From the NCBI GenBank assembly GCA_963757755.1, contig CAVWTK010000004.1:316073-380072 (forward strand): a stretch of 64,000 bases of DNA, in the 5' to 3' direction. How positions within the stretch are numbered: the stretch's first letter is position 1; the number at the start of each line of letters is the position of its first letter. This document shows positions 18,268-29,063 of the stretch, one piece after another. The notes under the pieces are model-generated. The model had not been told where the DNA came from. It did no database searches and worked only from the letters and a program-made list of their open reading frames with translations. The DNA comes from an uncultured bacterium. Lineage in GTDB: Bacteria > Desulfobacterota > Binatia > HRBIN30 > CADEER01. The position numbers were made by a program, and so were the translations under genes.

Positions 18268-20815
18268 CGCGTCTCCTCGCGCGGCCGCGACAGCTCGCTC
18301 AGCTGGCGCTCCATCGCCTCCAGCCGCTGGCGTACCGCGGCCTGCTCCTCGCGCAGCTCGTCGAGCCCGCGCCGGGCGTCGGCGAGCGTGCCCAGCGCGT
18401 CCGCCGATTCGGCGCCGGCGACGACGTCCGGCACCAGCGCGCGCACCGCGGCCTCGTCGCGCGCGGCTTCGTCGGCGTCGTGCCGCGTCGCCGCCAGCGC
18501 ATAGTGGTAGAGCAGACGGCCGGCGCGGCGCGCCTCGGTGACGTCGTCGCCGCCGCCGAGGAACAGATCGGCTGCGCCCTCCGCGCGCGGCGCGAACGCA
18601 TCGTAGAACTCGGCCAGCGACGGGCCGGTGAACCAGTCCTTGTCGCCGTCGGCGTTGATGCGCGTCAGGCGCGGAGCGAGGAATTCGAGCACCGGCCGAT
18701 CGTCGCTGTTGAGGTCGGTGCCGGGCAAGAGCGGCGCCGCGTCGGCCAGGTTGCCGACCGACAGCATCCACAGCCCGCGCGGCGTCGCGAGCAGCGGGTC
18801 GCGCGCCCAGTCGGGCAACGCATCGACGCGGCGGCGCATGGCGTCGCGGTCCATCGCGCGCGGCGCCAGCTGGCCGACCAGGCCGACGACCGGCCGATCG
18901 GGATAGAAGTCGGCCCGCCACAGCGTCGCGGCCGGGAAGACGTCGGTGAAGGTGCGCGCGATGAGCGCGAACTCCTCGCGCGTCAGCTGGTAGAGCGGCA
19001 GCCACTGGCAGAAGAGCCCGCCCGGCGCGAGACGCCGCGCGGCGGCGGCGTACATCTCGCGCGTGTAGAGACTGCCGGCGCCGGCCTGCCACGGCACGAA
19101 CAGGTCGGACACGATGACGTCGAAGGTCCCGTCCTGCGCCGCCAGCCAGCGCCGCCCGTCGCCGGCGACGAGATGGACGTCGGGCCGCTCCAGAAGGCCA
19201 CCGTTCCACGCAGCGAAATGGCGGCGCGCCGCCGCGGCGACCTCGGGAACGAGCTCGACCACTGTGGTGTCCGCAACGCCCAGCGCCGGCGCCGCGCTGG
19301 CGGTGATACCGGTCGCCAGGCCGATGAAGGCGGCGCGACGCGGATCGGCGTGGAGCAACAGCGGCAACAGCCCGAGGCGGCGCTCGCCGGTGGCCGCGGC
19401 GCTGCCGCCGAGCACGTAGTAGTTGTCGAGGCGGAGCTGCAGGTCGTCGGCCGTCTGCACGACGCTGACCGTCCCGCTCGCGCCCTCGGCGAGCGCGCGC
19501 AGGCTCTCGTCGTCGGATCGCAGATGCACGAGCGGCGCGCGCAGCGGGTTGGCGAGGATCACGGCGAGCAACGCCGCGTAGGCGAGCCGCCGCGGCCAGC
19601 CGGCGCGGCGCGGCGCCGCAACGTCGGCGAGGAGCACGTAGCCGACGGCGACGAGCAGCAGGCTGCCGCGCACGCCGATCACCGGGACGGCGACGAAGCC
19701 GGCCGCCAACGCGCCGGCGATGCCGCCGAACGTATTGGCGGCGGTCAGATCCCCGAGCGGGCGCGCCACCCGATCTCGCCCCCAGGCGGCCCACAGCGCC
19801 GGCAGCACCATGCCCGACGCCACCGCCGCCGGCCCCGCCGTGGCCGCCGCGAGCGCGATGATGCGCAGCAGGTATTCGCCCAGCCCGCTGCGCATGCCGA
19901 CGTAGCCGAGCCCATCGGTCCACCACATGAACAGCCAGAAGCCGCCGGCCGTCGCCGCCGCGGCGGCGACCAGTCCGGCGGCGGCGACGCCCCTGGCGCC
20001 GTGCCGGCGCAGCGCGACCGCGGATGCGCCGGCGCCGATGGCGATGGCGACCACGAAGACCAACGCGACGGCGGCGAACGAGTAGACCGAGTTGTGCAGC
20101 ACCTGCGCGAAGAGCCGCGTCCAGATGACTTCCAGGCCGAGCGCCATCGCGCCGGTGGTCGCGGCGACGAGCCGGAGCCGCGCGCGGTGCCCTGTGGCCG
20201 CAGCCGCCGGCGCCGGATCCACCGCCGTGTCGAGCCGCGGCGCCAGCGCCAGCGCGACGCCGCCGGCCAATGCGCTGGCCGCCGCGACGACGGCGTAGCT
20301 GGCGCGGACGCCGATCAGCGCCGGCAGCCCGAATCCCGCCGCGGCGATGCCCAGTGCGCCGCCGAGCGTGTTCAGCGCGTAGAGCGACGCGGCGGCGCGG
20401 CGCGAGGCCGCGCGCCAGGCCCTGGCCGAGCGCCGGCAGGGTCGCTCCCAGACAGAGCGTCGCCGGCAGCGTCGCGAGCCCGACGGCGACGACCGCCGCC
20501 GGTCCTCCGCCGATCGCGAGCCAGCGCTGCGCGGTCGTCGCCCGTGAGCAAGTGAAAGACCGCGAACGACCACAGCGCCCCGCCCGCGGCGCCGAGCTCG
20601 AGTCGCCCGTAGGCGCGCACCGGCCGTACGACGATGCCGCGCGCCGCGGCGGCGCCGCCGCCGAGGCCGGCGAAATAACACGCGAGCACGGTCGCCGCGG
20701 TCGCCGCCGTCTGCCCGATCACGAGCCCGGCCGAGCGCATCCACAGCATCTCGAGCGCCAGCGCCGCGGCGCCCGAGAGGGCGAAGCAGATCCAGAGCGC
20801 TGCCGTCACGCCGTC
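18264..20815 (-). CDS. Fused multi-TM / spermidine-synthase-like (polyamine aminopropyltransferase family) membrane protein, ~840 aa, frameshifted near the 5' end; start approximate
   Basis: Two copies of the SpeE-associated TM module (FALSGAAALALEMLWMRSAGLVIGQTAATAATVLACYFAGLG and GAMALGLEVIWTRLFAQVLHNSVYSFAAVALVFVVAIAIG). The AdoMet-fold core has VVELVPEV, DVIVSDLF, GGLFCQW. Confidence 0.6.
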
Positions 20816-20839
20816 CGCCAGCGCACCGCCGCGCGCCGC

Positions 20840-21693
20840 ACGCCGGTGGCGGCGCCGACCACCACCAGCGCGAAGCTCGCAACCGCCACCTCCGCCGGCG
20901 CCAGCGGCAGGTCGTAGCGGTAGGCGCAGATAGAAGCCGACGAACGCCACGACGCCGCCGAGCGCCGCCGAACCGAGCGAGAAGGTCAGCATCCGGCGCG
21001 TCACCAGCCGCATGGTCAGCGGCGGGATCACGAGGAAGCCGAAGGTCGCCAGCGGTCCCGCCGCCATCACGCCGAGCGAGATCACGGCGCCGATCAGCAG
21101 ATAGAGGACGACGTCCCACAGCCCGACGCGCTTGCCGAACACCACCGCGAGATCGCGATCGAACGACACCAGCAGCAGCTCCTTGCGGAAGGCGAACAGC
21201 GCCAGCACGACGCCGGCGAAGATCCACGTCATCACGTTCAGGCTGGCGCTGGTGGTGGCGAGGATGTCGCCCTTGAGCAGGCCGACGATCTCCGCGTCGC
21301 CGTGCGGATCGGCGGCGAGAAAGAGAATCGTCGCGGCGGCGGCGAAGGCGTACGTGGCGCCGATGCGCGCCTCGATGCGCTCGCGGCCGTTGCGCTCGAG
21401 CATCGCGAGGACGAGCGTCGTGGTCATCGTGAACACGCCCGAGCCGATCAGTCCGAGCATGCGCTCGCCGAGCTCGACCTGTTGGTGCGGACCGGCGAAC
21501 ACGCCGGTAGACCAGGAACGAGAAGGCGATGCCGGCGGCCGAGACCTGCGGCAGCGCGACGCCGAGAAAGATCATACGGCGCAGGATGAAGTAGACGCCG
21601 ACGAGCGGGCAGACCATGCCGACGAGCACACTGGCGAGCAGCGCGTCGCGCAGCAGGAAGTCGGCGGCTGAGAATCGTCGACAGCGTGCTCAT
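20840..21693 (-). CDS. ABC-3 family metal transporter permease (ZnuB/MntB/TroCD-like), frameshifted; 3' end approximate
   Basis: LVGMVCPLVGVYFILRRMIFLGVALPQ and LLLVSFDRDLAVVFGKRVGLWDVVLYLLIGAVISLGVMAAGPLATFGFLVIPP lie in two frames. Confidence 0.7.
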
Positions 21694-22415
21694 TCGCCGG
21701 CCGCCATGGGCTCCCACACCGAATCGGCGGCGGCGCGCCACGTGCCGGCGCCGAGCGCGTGCCGGTCGGCACGCCCGGCATCGACGACGATGACCGAGCG
21801 CACGGCCGACTGGATGCGTCCGAGGTGATGGCTGACCAGCACGACCGTCATGTCGCGCTCGCGGTTGAGCTCGGCGATCAGGGCGATGATGGATGCCTCG
21901 GCGTCGCGATCGACGCCGGCGGTGGGCTCGTCGAGGAACAGCACCTCGCGGCTCGCCGGCCAGGGCGCGCGCGATCAGGACCCGCTGCTTCTGCCCGCCC
22001 GACAGCTCCCAGATACGGGACGCGCCGCGATCGCGGCGAGCCCGACCCGCTCGAGGCTCTCCGCCGCGGCGCGCCGGCGGCGCGCGCCCACCGGCCGCAG
22101 CGGCGGCAGCGCGCGTAGGTCCCCATCAGCACCACCTCGAGCACGGTGAGAGGGAAGATCGGATCGAGGCGTGTCGCGCTGCGGCACGTAGCCGGGCGGG
22201 CTGCGCGGCGCGGTCGAACGACCAGTCGATGCGGCCCGCCAGCAGGGGCACCAGTCCCAGCATGCCGCGCAGCAGGGTCGTCTTGCCGGCGCCGTTCGGA
22301 CCGACGAGCGCGACGAACTCGCCGCGTGCGATCGACGAAGGAGACGCCGGTCAGCACCGGCGTGGCGGCGGTAGCCGAGGCTGACGTCGGACAGCGCGAC
22401 CAGCGTGTCGCTCAT
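21690..22415 (-). CDS. ABC-3 family metal transporter ATP-binding protein (ZnuC-like), frameshifted
   Basis: N-terminus MSDTLVALSDVSLGYRRH. Walker B / D-loop FLDEPTAGVDRDAEASIIALIAELNRERDMTVVLVSHHL. Pieces lie in three frames. Confidence 0.75.
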
Positions 22416-23331
22416 GCACCGCACGGGAGCGCCGCGAGCATCGTCTGCAGGTTGTAGTCGATGAAGTCGATGTAGTCCTGGGTCTGCGGCAGGCCGCCGG
22501 ACATCACCGGCAGCTGCACCAGCGTGGCGCCGGTGACCTGCGCCACCGTCTCGGCCAGCCCCGCCGGGTAGTGCAGCTCGCGCACGACGAAAGTCACATG
22601 CTGGTCCTTGCATCATCTTCTCGAGCTCCTCGACGTGCGCCGGCGTCGGATCGACGCCGGCGCGCAGCTCGATGGTGCCGACTGCCTCCATGCCGAAGCG
22701 CTCGGCGAAGTAGACCATGTCCGGGTGATAGCTGACGAGCTTCTTGCCCTTGAGCGGCGCCGCCTCCTGCTGCCCAGCGCGCGATGTCAGCGTCGAGCGT
22801 CGCCAGGTACGCGCCGAGGTTCTGCTTGTAGGTGGCTCGCATTGTCCGGATAGTTGCGCGACAGCCCTCGGCAATCGCCCGCGCCGCGTCCTTCATGCGC
22901 ACCGGGTCGAGGTTGTAGTGCGGATTGCCCATCGGATGCTGGTCGCCCAGTGAGCGGTCGATGCGGCGTCGGGACCTCGAGCGGCCTGATGTACATCGAG
23001 CAGTCGATGTAGCCGGGCGCGTCGCGCTGGATCTTCGGGTTGCGCGCCGCCTCGAGCAGACCGGGCATGAAGGCGTGCTCGGCCTCGAGACCGAGCACCA
23101 CCAGTACGTCGGCGCGATTGAGCGTGACGGCAAAGCTCGGCTTCATCGGCACCGCGTGGATGTCCTCCACGCCGGTGGCGAGGCTCTTCACCTCGACGAG
23201 ATCGCCGCCGATGTGGCGGGTCACGTCGGCGAGGTCCGGGAATCGTCGTCACCACGTTGAGGGTCGCGGCGGCCGGTCGCGGTCGCCGACGATCACGCCG
23301 CGGCGGCGATGGCGAGTGTGAGGCGGTACAT
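22412..23331 (-). CDS. ABC-3 family periplasmic metal-binding protein (ZnuA/TroA-like), frameshifted
   Basis: Signal peptide MYRLTLAIAAAAV. LNVVTTIPDLADVTRHIGGDLVEVKSL, HAFMPG, DPHYNL-like GNPHYNL, KKLVSYHPDMVYFAERFG. Confidence 0.7.
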
Positions 23332-23341
23332 GGGTCGACTC

Positions 23342-24712
23342 CTAGCGATCGCGGAAGCCGTGCACGTGGCTGCCGATGATCGCGGTCCATTGCAGGAAGA
23401 ACTGGCTTTCGTGGTCGCCCGGCGCGCTCAGGTACTGGTACTGTGCGCGCAGGCGCTGGAACTCCGACGCCCAGAGCGTCAGGTACGGCGAATACGCCAG
23501 GTGTCGCCGCCCTGGCGGTTGATCGGCTGCACCCACTGGAAAGGAAGCCCGGATAGAGGCGGCGGGTGAGGCGCGGCTCGGCGTAGCTGTAGAGGCCGAA
23601 GGCGTTCTCGCCGCTGAACGACCGGATCGGTGTCGGTGCCGACGTTCGAAGCTCTCGCGGTTGTAGAGCACCTCCGTCCCCCAGACAAGGCTGCGGTAGC
23701 TCGCCTCGGCGAGCGGGATGTAGCGGTAGGTGAGGTCGAGGTCGACGAGGTGGCGCGCCTTGCCGTCGGTGAGGAACTCGGTGCCGTCGACCTTGTAGGA
23801 GTCGACCTTCGGCGTGTAGGCCCAGGACGACGCCGACGTCGACACTGTTGTTGTCGTTGATGTTGACGAACGTCGCCGGGCGCACCAGGTAGGTGAACTG
23901 GTCCAGCGGCCGCGGATCGAAGTTGTCGACGCGGAAGTTCTCGGCGCCGATCTTGTTGTACGCGCCGACGGTGAGGGTCAGGTACTGCTCGAGCGGCGTG
24001 AGCTAGTTCAGCTCGACGCCGTCCGCCTGCGACTCGCCGCCGACGTACTCGTCGAGCACGATCGGCCGGTTCACGAACGGCAGGTCGTGGTCGTGGAACT
24101 TCGACAGGCGGCCGAAGTCGGCGAAGAAGCGGCCGCCCTTCGCCGTCAGGTTGTAGGGCAGCGACGTGGTGACGATCGCCGCCTCCTCGACCTCGATCCC
24201 GTCGGCGTTGCCGTTGATGATCGCGTAGCCGCGCGCGAACGGATCGATCGACGCGGACAAGTCCGATCTCGGCGGAGCGGAACTCGAAGTTGCCGCCGCC
24301 GTTCTCCTGATACGAGCCGACCGTGTCGATGATCAGGCCGATCGCCGGATTGAACTGCGACGGGAAGGTCTTGTTCGCGGCGCTGCAGGCTGGGCTGGAT
24401 CTCGCGCATGACGTCCGCCGTCACGTCCTGCTTGAGCTGCTCCTCGTTCGCCGGCGCCGCGGCGGCCGCGGCCGCCGGCGACGGCGTGACCGCCGGCGCC
24501 GACGCGGACTTCTCCTTGCTCAGTTTCTGGATCAGCTCGTCCTGCTGCTTCAGCTTCTGCTGCATCTGTTCGAACTGGGCCTTCATGGCCTTCATCTCTT
24601 GCTGCAGCTGTTCGACGCTGGGGTCCTCGGCGGACGCGGCGGTCGCCGACAGCGCGAGGACGGTCCCCAACACCAAACAGGCGAGCCCCCGCTGATGCGG
24701 AATGCGTCGCAT
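23342..24712 (-). CDS. Putative outer-membrane beta-barrel (porin-like) protein with an N-terminal coiled coil, frameshifted
   Basis: Signal peptide LACLVLGTVLALSATAASA. Gln/Lys-rich coiled coil QQEMKAMKAQFEQMQQKLKQQDELIQKL. Long beta-strand-like remainder ending in an aromatic residue. Placed by position upstream of the znuA-like gene. Confidence 0.4.
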
Positions 24713-24733
24713 CGGCTTCCTCCCGGGTTGCGG

Positions 24734-24757
24734 GTTCGTGGCGATGCCGCCACGAAC
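24734..24757. promoter_or_regulatory. Perfect 10 bp stem / 4 nt loop hairpin between the small secreted-protein gene and the outer-membrane-protein gene
   Basis: gttcgtggcg atgc cgccacgaac read directly. No U-tract follows on either strand. Confidence 0.5.
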
Positions 24758-24796
24758 GCATCGCGTCTCAGTCGACGCGGGAGAGCCGTGGCGGGG

Positions 24797-25099
24797 CTAC
24801 GCGGGGCGTTGCGAATCCGCCAGGGGCGGGGCGCGCGCCGCGTGAGCGACGGCGAAGACGCTCTCGGGAGCGCTCTGCGACAGCGGCTGGTGCGCGTACG
24901 CACAGACCACGAACGTGATCTGCGGCGGCGCGTGCAGCGAGGCGGCCGATAGACTGCCGACGGCGGCGCACTGCGTGCAGTCCGCCGCGGTGCGCAGCGG
25001 CTCGTGATGATGCCCACTCGCCGCCAGCGGCACCGCGAGGAGCGCCAGCAGCACCCAGACGCCCACGCAACGGAGTGCGCGAACCGGCAGCGAGCTCAT
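24797..25099 (-). CDS. Small secreted His/Cys-rich protein (~70 aa mature), candidate periplasmic metal-binding protein
   Basis: Signal peptide VWVLLALLAVPLAASG, mature N-terminus HHHEP, then CTQC and several more His. GAGGGG RBS 5 nt upstream. Leads the metal-uptake gene string. Confidence 0.45.
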   Translation of the reverse strand: MSSLPVRALRCVGVWVLLALLAVPLAASGHHHEPLRTAADCTQCAAVGSLSAASLHAPPQITFVVCAYAHQPLSQSAPESVFAVAHAARAPPLADSQRPA

Positions 25100-25145
25100 A
25101 CCCCTCGACGCTTAGCGACCGCGCCCCGAGGATGCAAGAAAAGCG

Positions 25146-25724
25146 TCAGGGCCTGGCGACGACCCGGATCTCGGCGCCAGCGCTCGTCTCGCCGTCCTCG
25201 ACCACCCGCCAGTAGATGCCGCGCAGGTTGAGGTGACGAGTCGCCGGCGCCTGGACGAAGCGCACCGCGTCGGCGCCGAAGCGGCCGCCGAACTTGGCGC
25301 AGCCGTTGTGCGGCTTGGGCGTCACCTCCACCAGCGCGTCGCCGACGCGCAGCCGGGTCCCGCACGGCAGGTTCGCGGCCGAGATGTCCAGATCGATGAA
25401 GAAGTTGTCGCCGAACAGGGTGATCGACTGCCCGTTGGCGATGAGCTCGGCGACGTCGCGGCGCATGACGGCCAGCTCGGCTTGCGGGTCGCGCGGCGGC
25501 CGGCGCGCCCAGCCGTCACCGGGGACGCCGGTCTGCGGCGCCAATTGCACACGATCCGGCGTCTCCCGCGTGCCGTCGGGATGGCGGCGCAGGATGAGCG
25601 CCACGCGGCCGACATCGCTAGGTCCGACCGGCAGCGCTGCCAGCCTTGTCTCGAGCTCGGCCAGCGGCAGATGGTGGGCGGCACGGCCCTCGGGTCCGTA
25701 TGCCTCTTTGCGCAGTTCGGTCAT
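25146..25724 (-). CDS. MOSC-domain protein (YiiM-like)
   Basis: LRVGDALVEVTPKPHNGCAKFGGRFG and ITLFGDNFFIDLD are MOSC beta-barrel motifs. Confidence 0.7.
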   Translation of the reverse strand: MTELRKEAYGPEGRAAHHLPLAELETRLAALPVGPSDVGRVALILRRHPDGTRETPDRVQLAPQTGVPGDGWARRPPRDPQAELAVMRRDVAELIANGQSITLFGDNFFIDLDISAANLPCGTRLRVGDALVEVTPKPHNGCAKFGGRFGADAVRFVQAPATRHLNLRGIYWRVVEDGETSAGAEIRVVARP

Positions 25725-25913
25725 CTGTCGCCGCCTGTTGTAGCGGTCGGAACGGGCGGGAGTGAAGGGCGGCGTTCGCACGGACGTCGATGGGTTGGGC
25801 AGGAGTGGCACGCCCACCACGGCGCGCCCTCCACCGCCGATGGGAGATCACCCGCGCCAAACCGGGCCGAGCCGCACTTTGCTCAATCAGCCTCCATCGG
25901 TAAGCTGGGGACC

Positions 25914-27059
25914 GTGCATCGTCTCCACTGCGGCGCGTTGGCGCTGATCGTCGCCGGACTGGCCCTCCTGGCAGCCCTGCCCGCTCGCGCCTGTGTCGGG
26001 ACCGACTGCATGCTCATCTGGTCGACGGCCGATGGTGGCGGTGCGCTCACCATCGACTGGGACTTCGTCAATCGCGACGTCTTGCAGACGTTCCAGACCG
26101 CCTGCGGCGGCGGCGAGTGCCGCTACAGCACCATCGACCCCGGCTTCATGGCCGTCGAGGAGGATCCGCGCCCGGGATTCTTCACGCTCGCCGCCGGCAC
26201 CATGGTGTCGATCGAGATCGTCGCCATCGATCCGGCGGCAACGCTCAAGATCAACGGTGTCGGCCTCACCCAACCGGGCGACCATGCGCTGCTCGGCACC
26301 GTCGGCACCCTGCATGTGCATCCGACCTGGCAGCTCTCGGTCGCGCAGGGCGTCGTGAGCGACTTCCCGCTCTCGTTCACGCTCACGACCGAGTCGCCGT
26401 CGTACGCGCAATCGGCCGTCTACACGGTGATGCTCACAAACCGGCCGCCGCCGGCCACCGCGACGCCGACGCAGGGCGCACCCAGCACGCCGACGCCGAC
26501 CGCAACCGCGGGACCCGTGATCTGCGCGGGCGATTGCAACGATGACGGCGTCGTCACGGTCTCGGAGCTCATCGCCGGGGTCGCCAGCGTGCTCGACGGC
26601 ACCACGCCCTGCCCCGCGCTCGATCGCAACGGCGACGGCGTCGCCATCGTCGGCGAGATGATCGCGGCGGTGAACTCGCTGCTCAACGGCTGCCCGGTGA
26701 CGGCCACGCCGACCGAGACACCGGCCGCGACCCTCGACGTGATTCAGGCGACCATCTTCTCGCCGCGCTGCGCCATCGCCACCTGCCACGACAGCACCGT
26801 CGCGTCGGGCGGACTGGTCCTCGTCGACGCCGACACCAGCCACGCCGCCCTCGTCGGCGTCGCGCCGACCGTCGAGGCCGCGCACGACGCCGGGATGCTC
26901 CGCGTCGACGCCGGCCATCCGGACAACAGCTTCCTGCTCACCAAGCTCACCGGCCCACCGCTCGGCCAGGGCAGCCGCATGCCGCTCACCGGCCCGCTGC
27001 TCTCCGACGACCAGGTGGCGCTCATCCGCGCCTGGATCCTCGCCGGCGCGCCGCGCTGA
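25914..27059 (+). CDS. Secreted protein: N-terminal Cys-rich domain, PT linker, dockerin-type double Ca-binding repeat, C-terminal PSCyt-like (planctomycete cytochrome c-like) domain with a CX4CH motif; GTG start
   Basis: Signal peptide ALALIVAGLALLAALPARA. CAGDCNDDGVVTVSELIAGV...LDRNGDGVAIVGEMIAAVNSLL. FSPRCAIATCHD...GGLVLVD...GHPDNSFLLTKL...MPL...LSDDQVALIRAWILAGAP matches PSCyt1 topology. Confidence 0.55.
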   Translation: MHRLHCGALALIVAGLALLAALPARACVGTDCMLIWSTADGGGALTIDWDFVNRDVLQTFQTACGGGECRYSTIDPGFMAVEEDPRPGFFTLAAGTMVSIEIVAIDPAATLKINGVGLTQPGDHALLGTVGTLHVHPTWQLSVAQGVVSDFPLSFTLTTESPSYAQSAVYTVMLTNRPPPATATPTQGAPSTPTPTATAGPVICAGDCNDDGVVTVSELIAGVASVLDGTTPCPALDRNGDGVAIVGEMIAAVNSLLNGCPVTATPTETPAATLDVIQATIFSPRCAIATCHDSTVASGGLVLVDADTSHAALVGVAPTVEAAHDAGMLRVDAGHPDNSFLLTKLTGPPLGQGSRMPLTGPLLSDDQVALIRAWILAGAPR

Positions 27060-27186
27060 GAAGGGTGATCGAGCACGTCGGCGGACCCGCCGATCAGCAC
27101 CGCGCCGGCGAGCTCCGGGCGAGATGCCCGACGCCTTCGGGCGGATGAGCCAATGCGCGGCGTGCGCCCGGTCGGACGCGTCGCGC

Positions 27187-27642
27187 TCAGGCGTCGGGCA
27201 AGCGCGTCAGCGCGAAGGCCGGGTAGCGCGGCGCGAGCACCACGAAGACCTCGACGGGCGAGCCGGCCGGCACCGGGAAAAAGCGGCCCACCTCGCTCTT
27301 GAAGCGGTCGAGGTAGGCCTTCAACACCGGCGGCTTCTCGCCGTCCGCGAGCGCCCGCAGGGCGAAGCGCTCGCGGCGGGCGCCGCGCCGCAGCACGATC
27401 GCGTCGCTCGCGGCGACGTTGCGCACCCATTGCGTGCGTCCGCGCGGCGCGACCAGATAGTGCTGGCCCTCGTACTCGAGCAGGTCCACGGGCAGCGTGT
27501 ACGTCCGGCCGCTCGATCGGCCGCGCACCTCGAGCAGGCGCATGTGCGACGGTCCGATGCCGAGGCCGAGCAGCCAGCCGATCGCGCCGTTGAAGATTCG
27601 CTCGATGCGGGTCGGCGCGGCAAAGGTCGGATCACTCCTCAT
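27187..27642 (-). CDS. PNPOx-like / deazaflavin-dependent nitroreductase (DDN) family protein
   Basis: MRLLEVRGRSSGRTYTLPVDLLEYEGQHYLVAPRGRTQWVRNVAASDAIVLRRG is the DDN-family core. Confidence 0.6.
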   Translation of the reverse strand: MRSDPTFAAPTRIERIFNGAIGWLLGLGIGPSHMRLLEVRGRSSGRTYTLPVDLLEYEGQHYLVAPRGRTQWVRNVAASDAIVLRRGARRERFALRALADGEKPPVLKAYLDRFKSEVGRFFPVPAGSPVEVFVVLAPRYPAFALTRLPDA

Positions 27643-28957
27643 GGGTCTCCTCGCTGGCGCGCGCCGGATGGACGCGCACCCGGCGCACGCGACGCGGGGT
27701 CGCGTCGACGATCTCCAGAATCGGCCCTGTTCGAGCAGGATCCGCTCGCCGATGGCCGGGATGCGGCCCGCCGAGGCCAGGCACAGGCCGGCGACGGTGT
27801 TCCAGCCTCGTCCTCGGGCAGGCCGAGCTCGAGGGCGCGGTTGACGTCGCGCATCGGCGCGGCGCCGTCGACCAGCACCGTGCCGCCCGGCTCGCGGTGG
27901 AAGCAGCTCGGGCACCTGCCGGACGTGCTCGCTGAAAATCTCGCCGACCAGCTCCTCGACGCAGGTCCTCCATGGTGACGATGCCCTCCATGCCGCCGCT
28001 GCTCGTCGACGACCATCGCGATGAGCACGTGCCGGCGCCGCATCTCCTGCAGCACGTCCACCGCCGCCTCGCTGTCGGGGACGAAGTACGGCGGGCCGCA
28101 CCAGATCATCGAGCACGATCAGCTCGCGCTCCCAGGCCATGGCGAGCACGTCCTTGAGGTTGATGTAGCCGACGACGTTGTCGACCCGGCCGTCGTACAC
28201 CGGAATGCGCGAGTGGCCGTGCTCGAGCAGCACGCCGGCGGACGTCCTCGGTCGAGGCGTCGCGCGGCAGCACGACGACCTGCTCGCGCGGCACCATGAC
28301 GTCGGCCGGCGGTGAGATCGGCGAAGTCGATGGCGCGCGAGGCGATCTCGCCGACCTGCGGGTGCACGGTGCCGGCTTTGGCCGCCTCCTCGACGAGGTG
28401 CTGAAGCTCCTCGGCCGAGTGGCGCGTCTCGGTGAAGGTGGTGCGATCGCCGAACGGCCGCAGCAGCGCGTTCGAGCTCGGCGGTGAGCAGCCAGCACCA
28501 GCGGCCGCGCGATCCAGGAGAGCGCCAGCAGCGGCCGCGCGACGAGTAGCGCGTACGTCTCCGGCCGGCGCAGGGCGAGCGACTTGGGCACCAGCTCGCC
28601 GATCACGATCGACAGGTAGGAGACGATCGACGACGACCAGCGCCAGCGCGATGTTCTGCGCGCAGCGCTGCGCGCACGCCGAGATCGGCGATCAGCGGCT
28701 CGATGCCGGGCGGCGACCGTCGCGCCGCCGAAGGCCGCCGCCGTCGCGCTCGACGACCGTAATGCCGATCTGCACGGTGGCCAGGAAGCGCTCCGGATCG
28801 GTGCGCAGTGCCAGCACCGACCGCGCGCCGCGCCGGCCGGCCTCGACCAGCTCGAGCACGCGCGAGCTTGCGCAGCGGCCACGACGGCGATCTCGGCCCC
28901 GGCGAAGATGCCGTTGGCGACGATCAGGAGGAGGATGAAAACGAAGTCGGCGAGCAC
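27632..28957 (-). CDS. CNNM/CorC/HlyC-family membrane protein (DUF21 + CBS pair + CorC_HlyC), at least 4 frameshifts
   Basis: DUF21 N-terminus MLADFVFILLLIVANGIFAGAEIAVV. LSIVIGELVPKSLA. CBS region RIPVYDGRVDNVVGYINLKDVL. CorC_HlyC tail MEGIVTMEDL. Pieces lie in at least 4 frames. Confidence 0.7.
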
Positions 28958-29063
28958 GTCGCTCAGCCCTCACCCGCCGCTCGGCGACGGTGGCATGCGC
29001 GTACCATGGCCCGACCAGTCGCCAAGTCAAGCGCCGGCGCCGCGCCGCCGGCGGCGCGCGGCC

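Noticed and set aside
18480-20555. 691 aa plus-strand ORF opposite the SpeE-like gene
   Set aside because: Extreme Arg/Gly/Asp low complexity. The opposite strand carries clear TM and AdoMet-fold motifs.
25233-25913. Upstream 227 codons of the ORF-track entry 25233-27059
   Set aside because: This part overlaps the MOSC gene on the opposite strand and lacks a signal peptide. The GTG at 25914, directly preceding the signal peptide, is the credible start.
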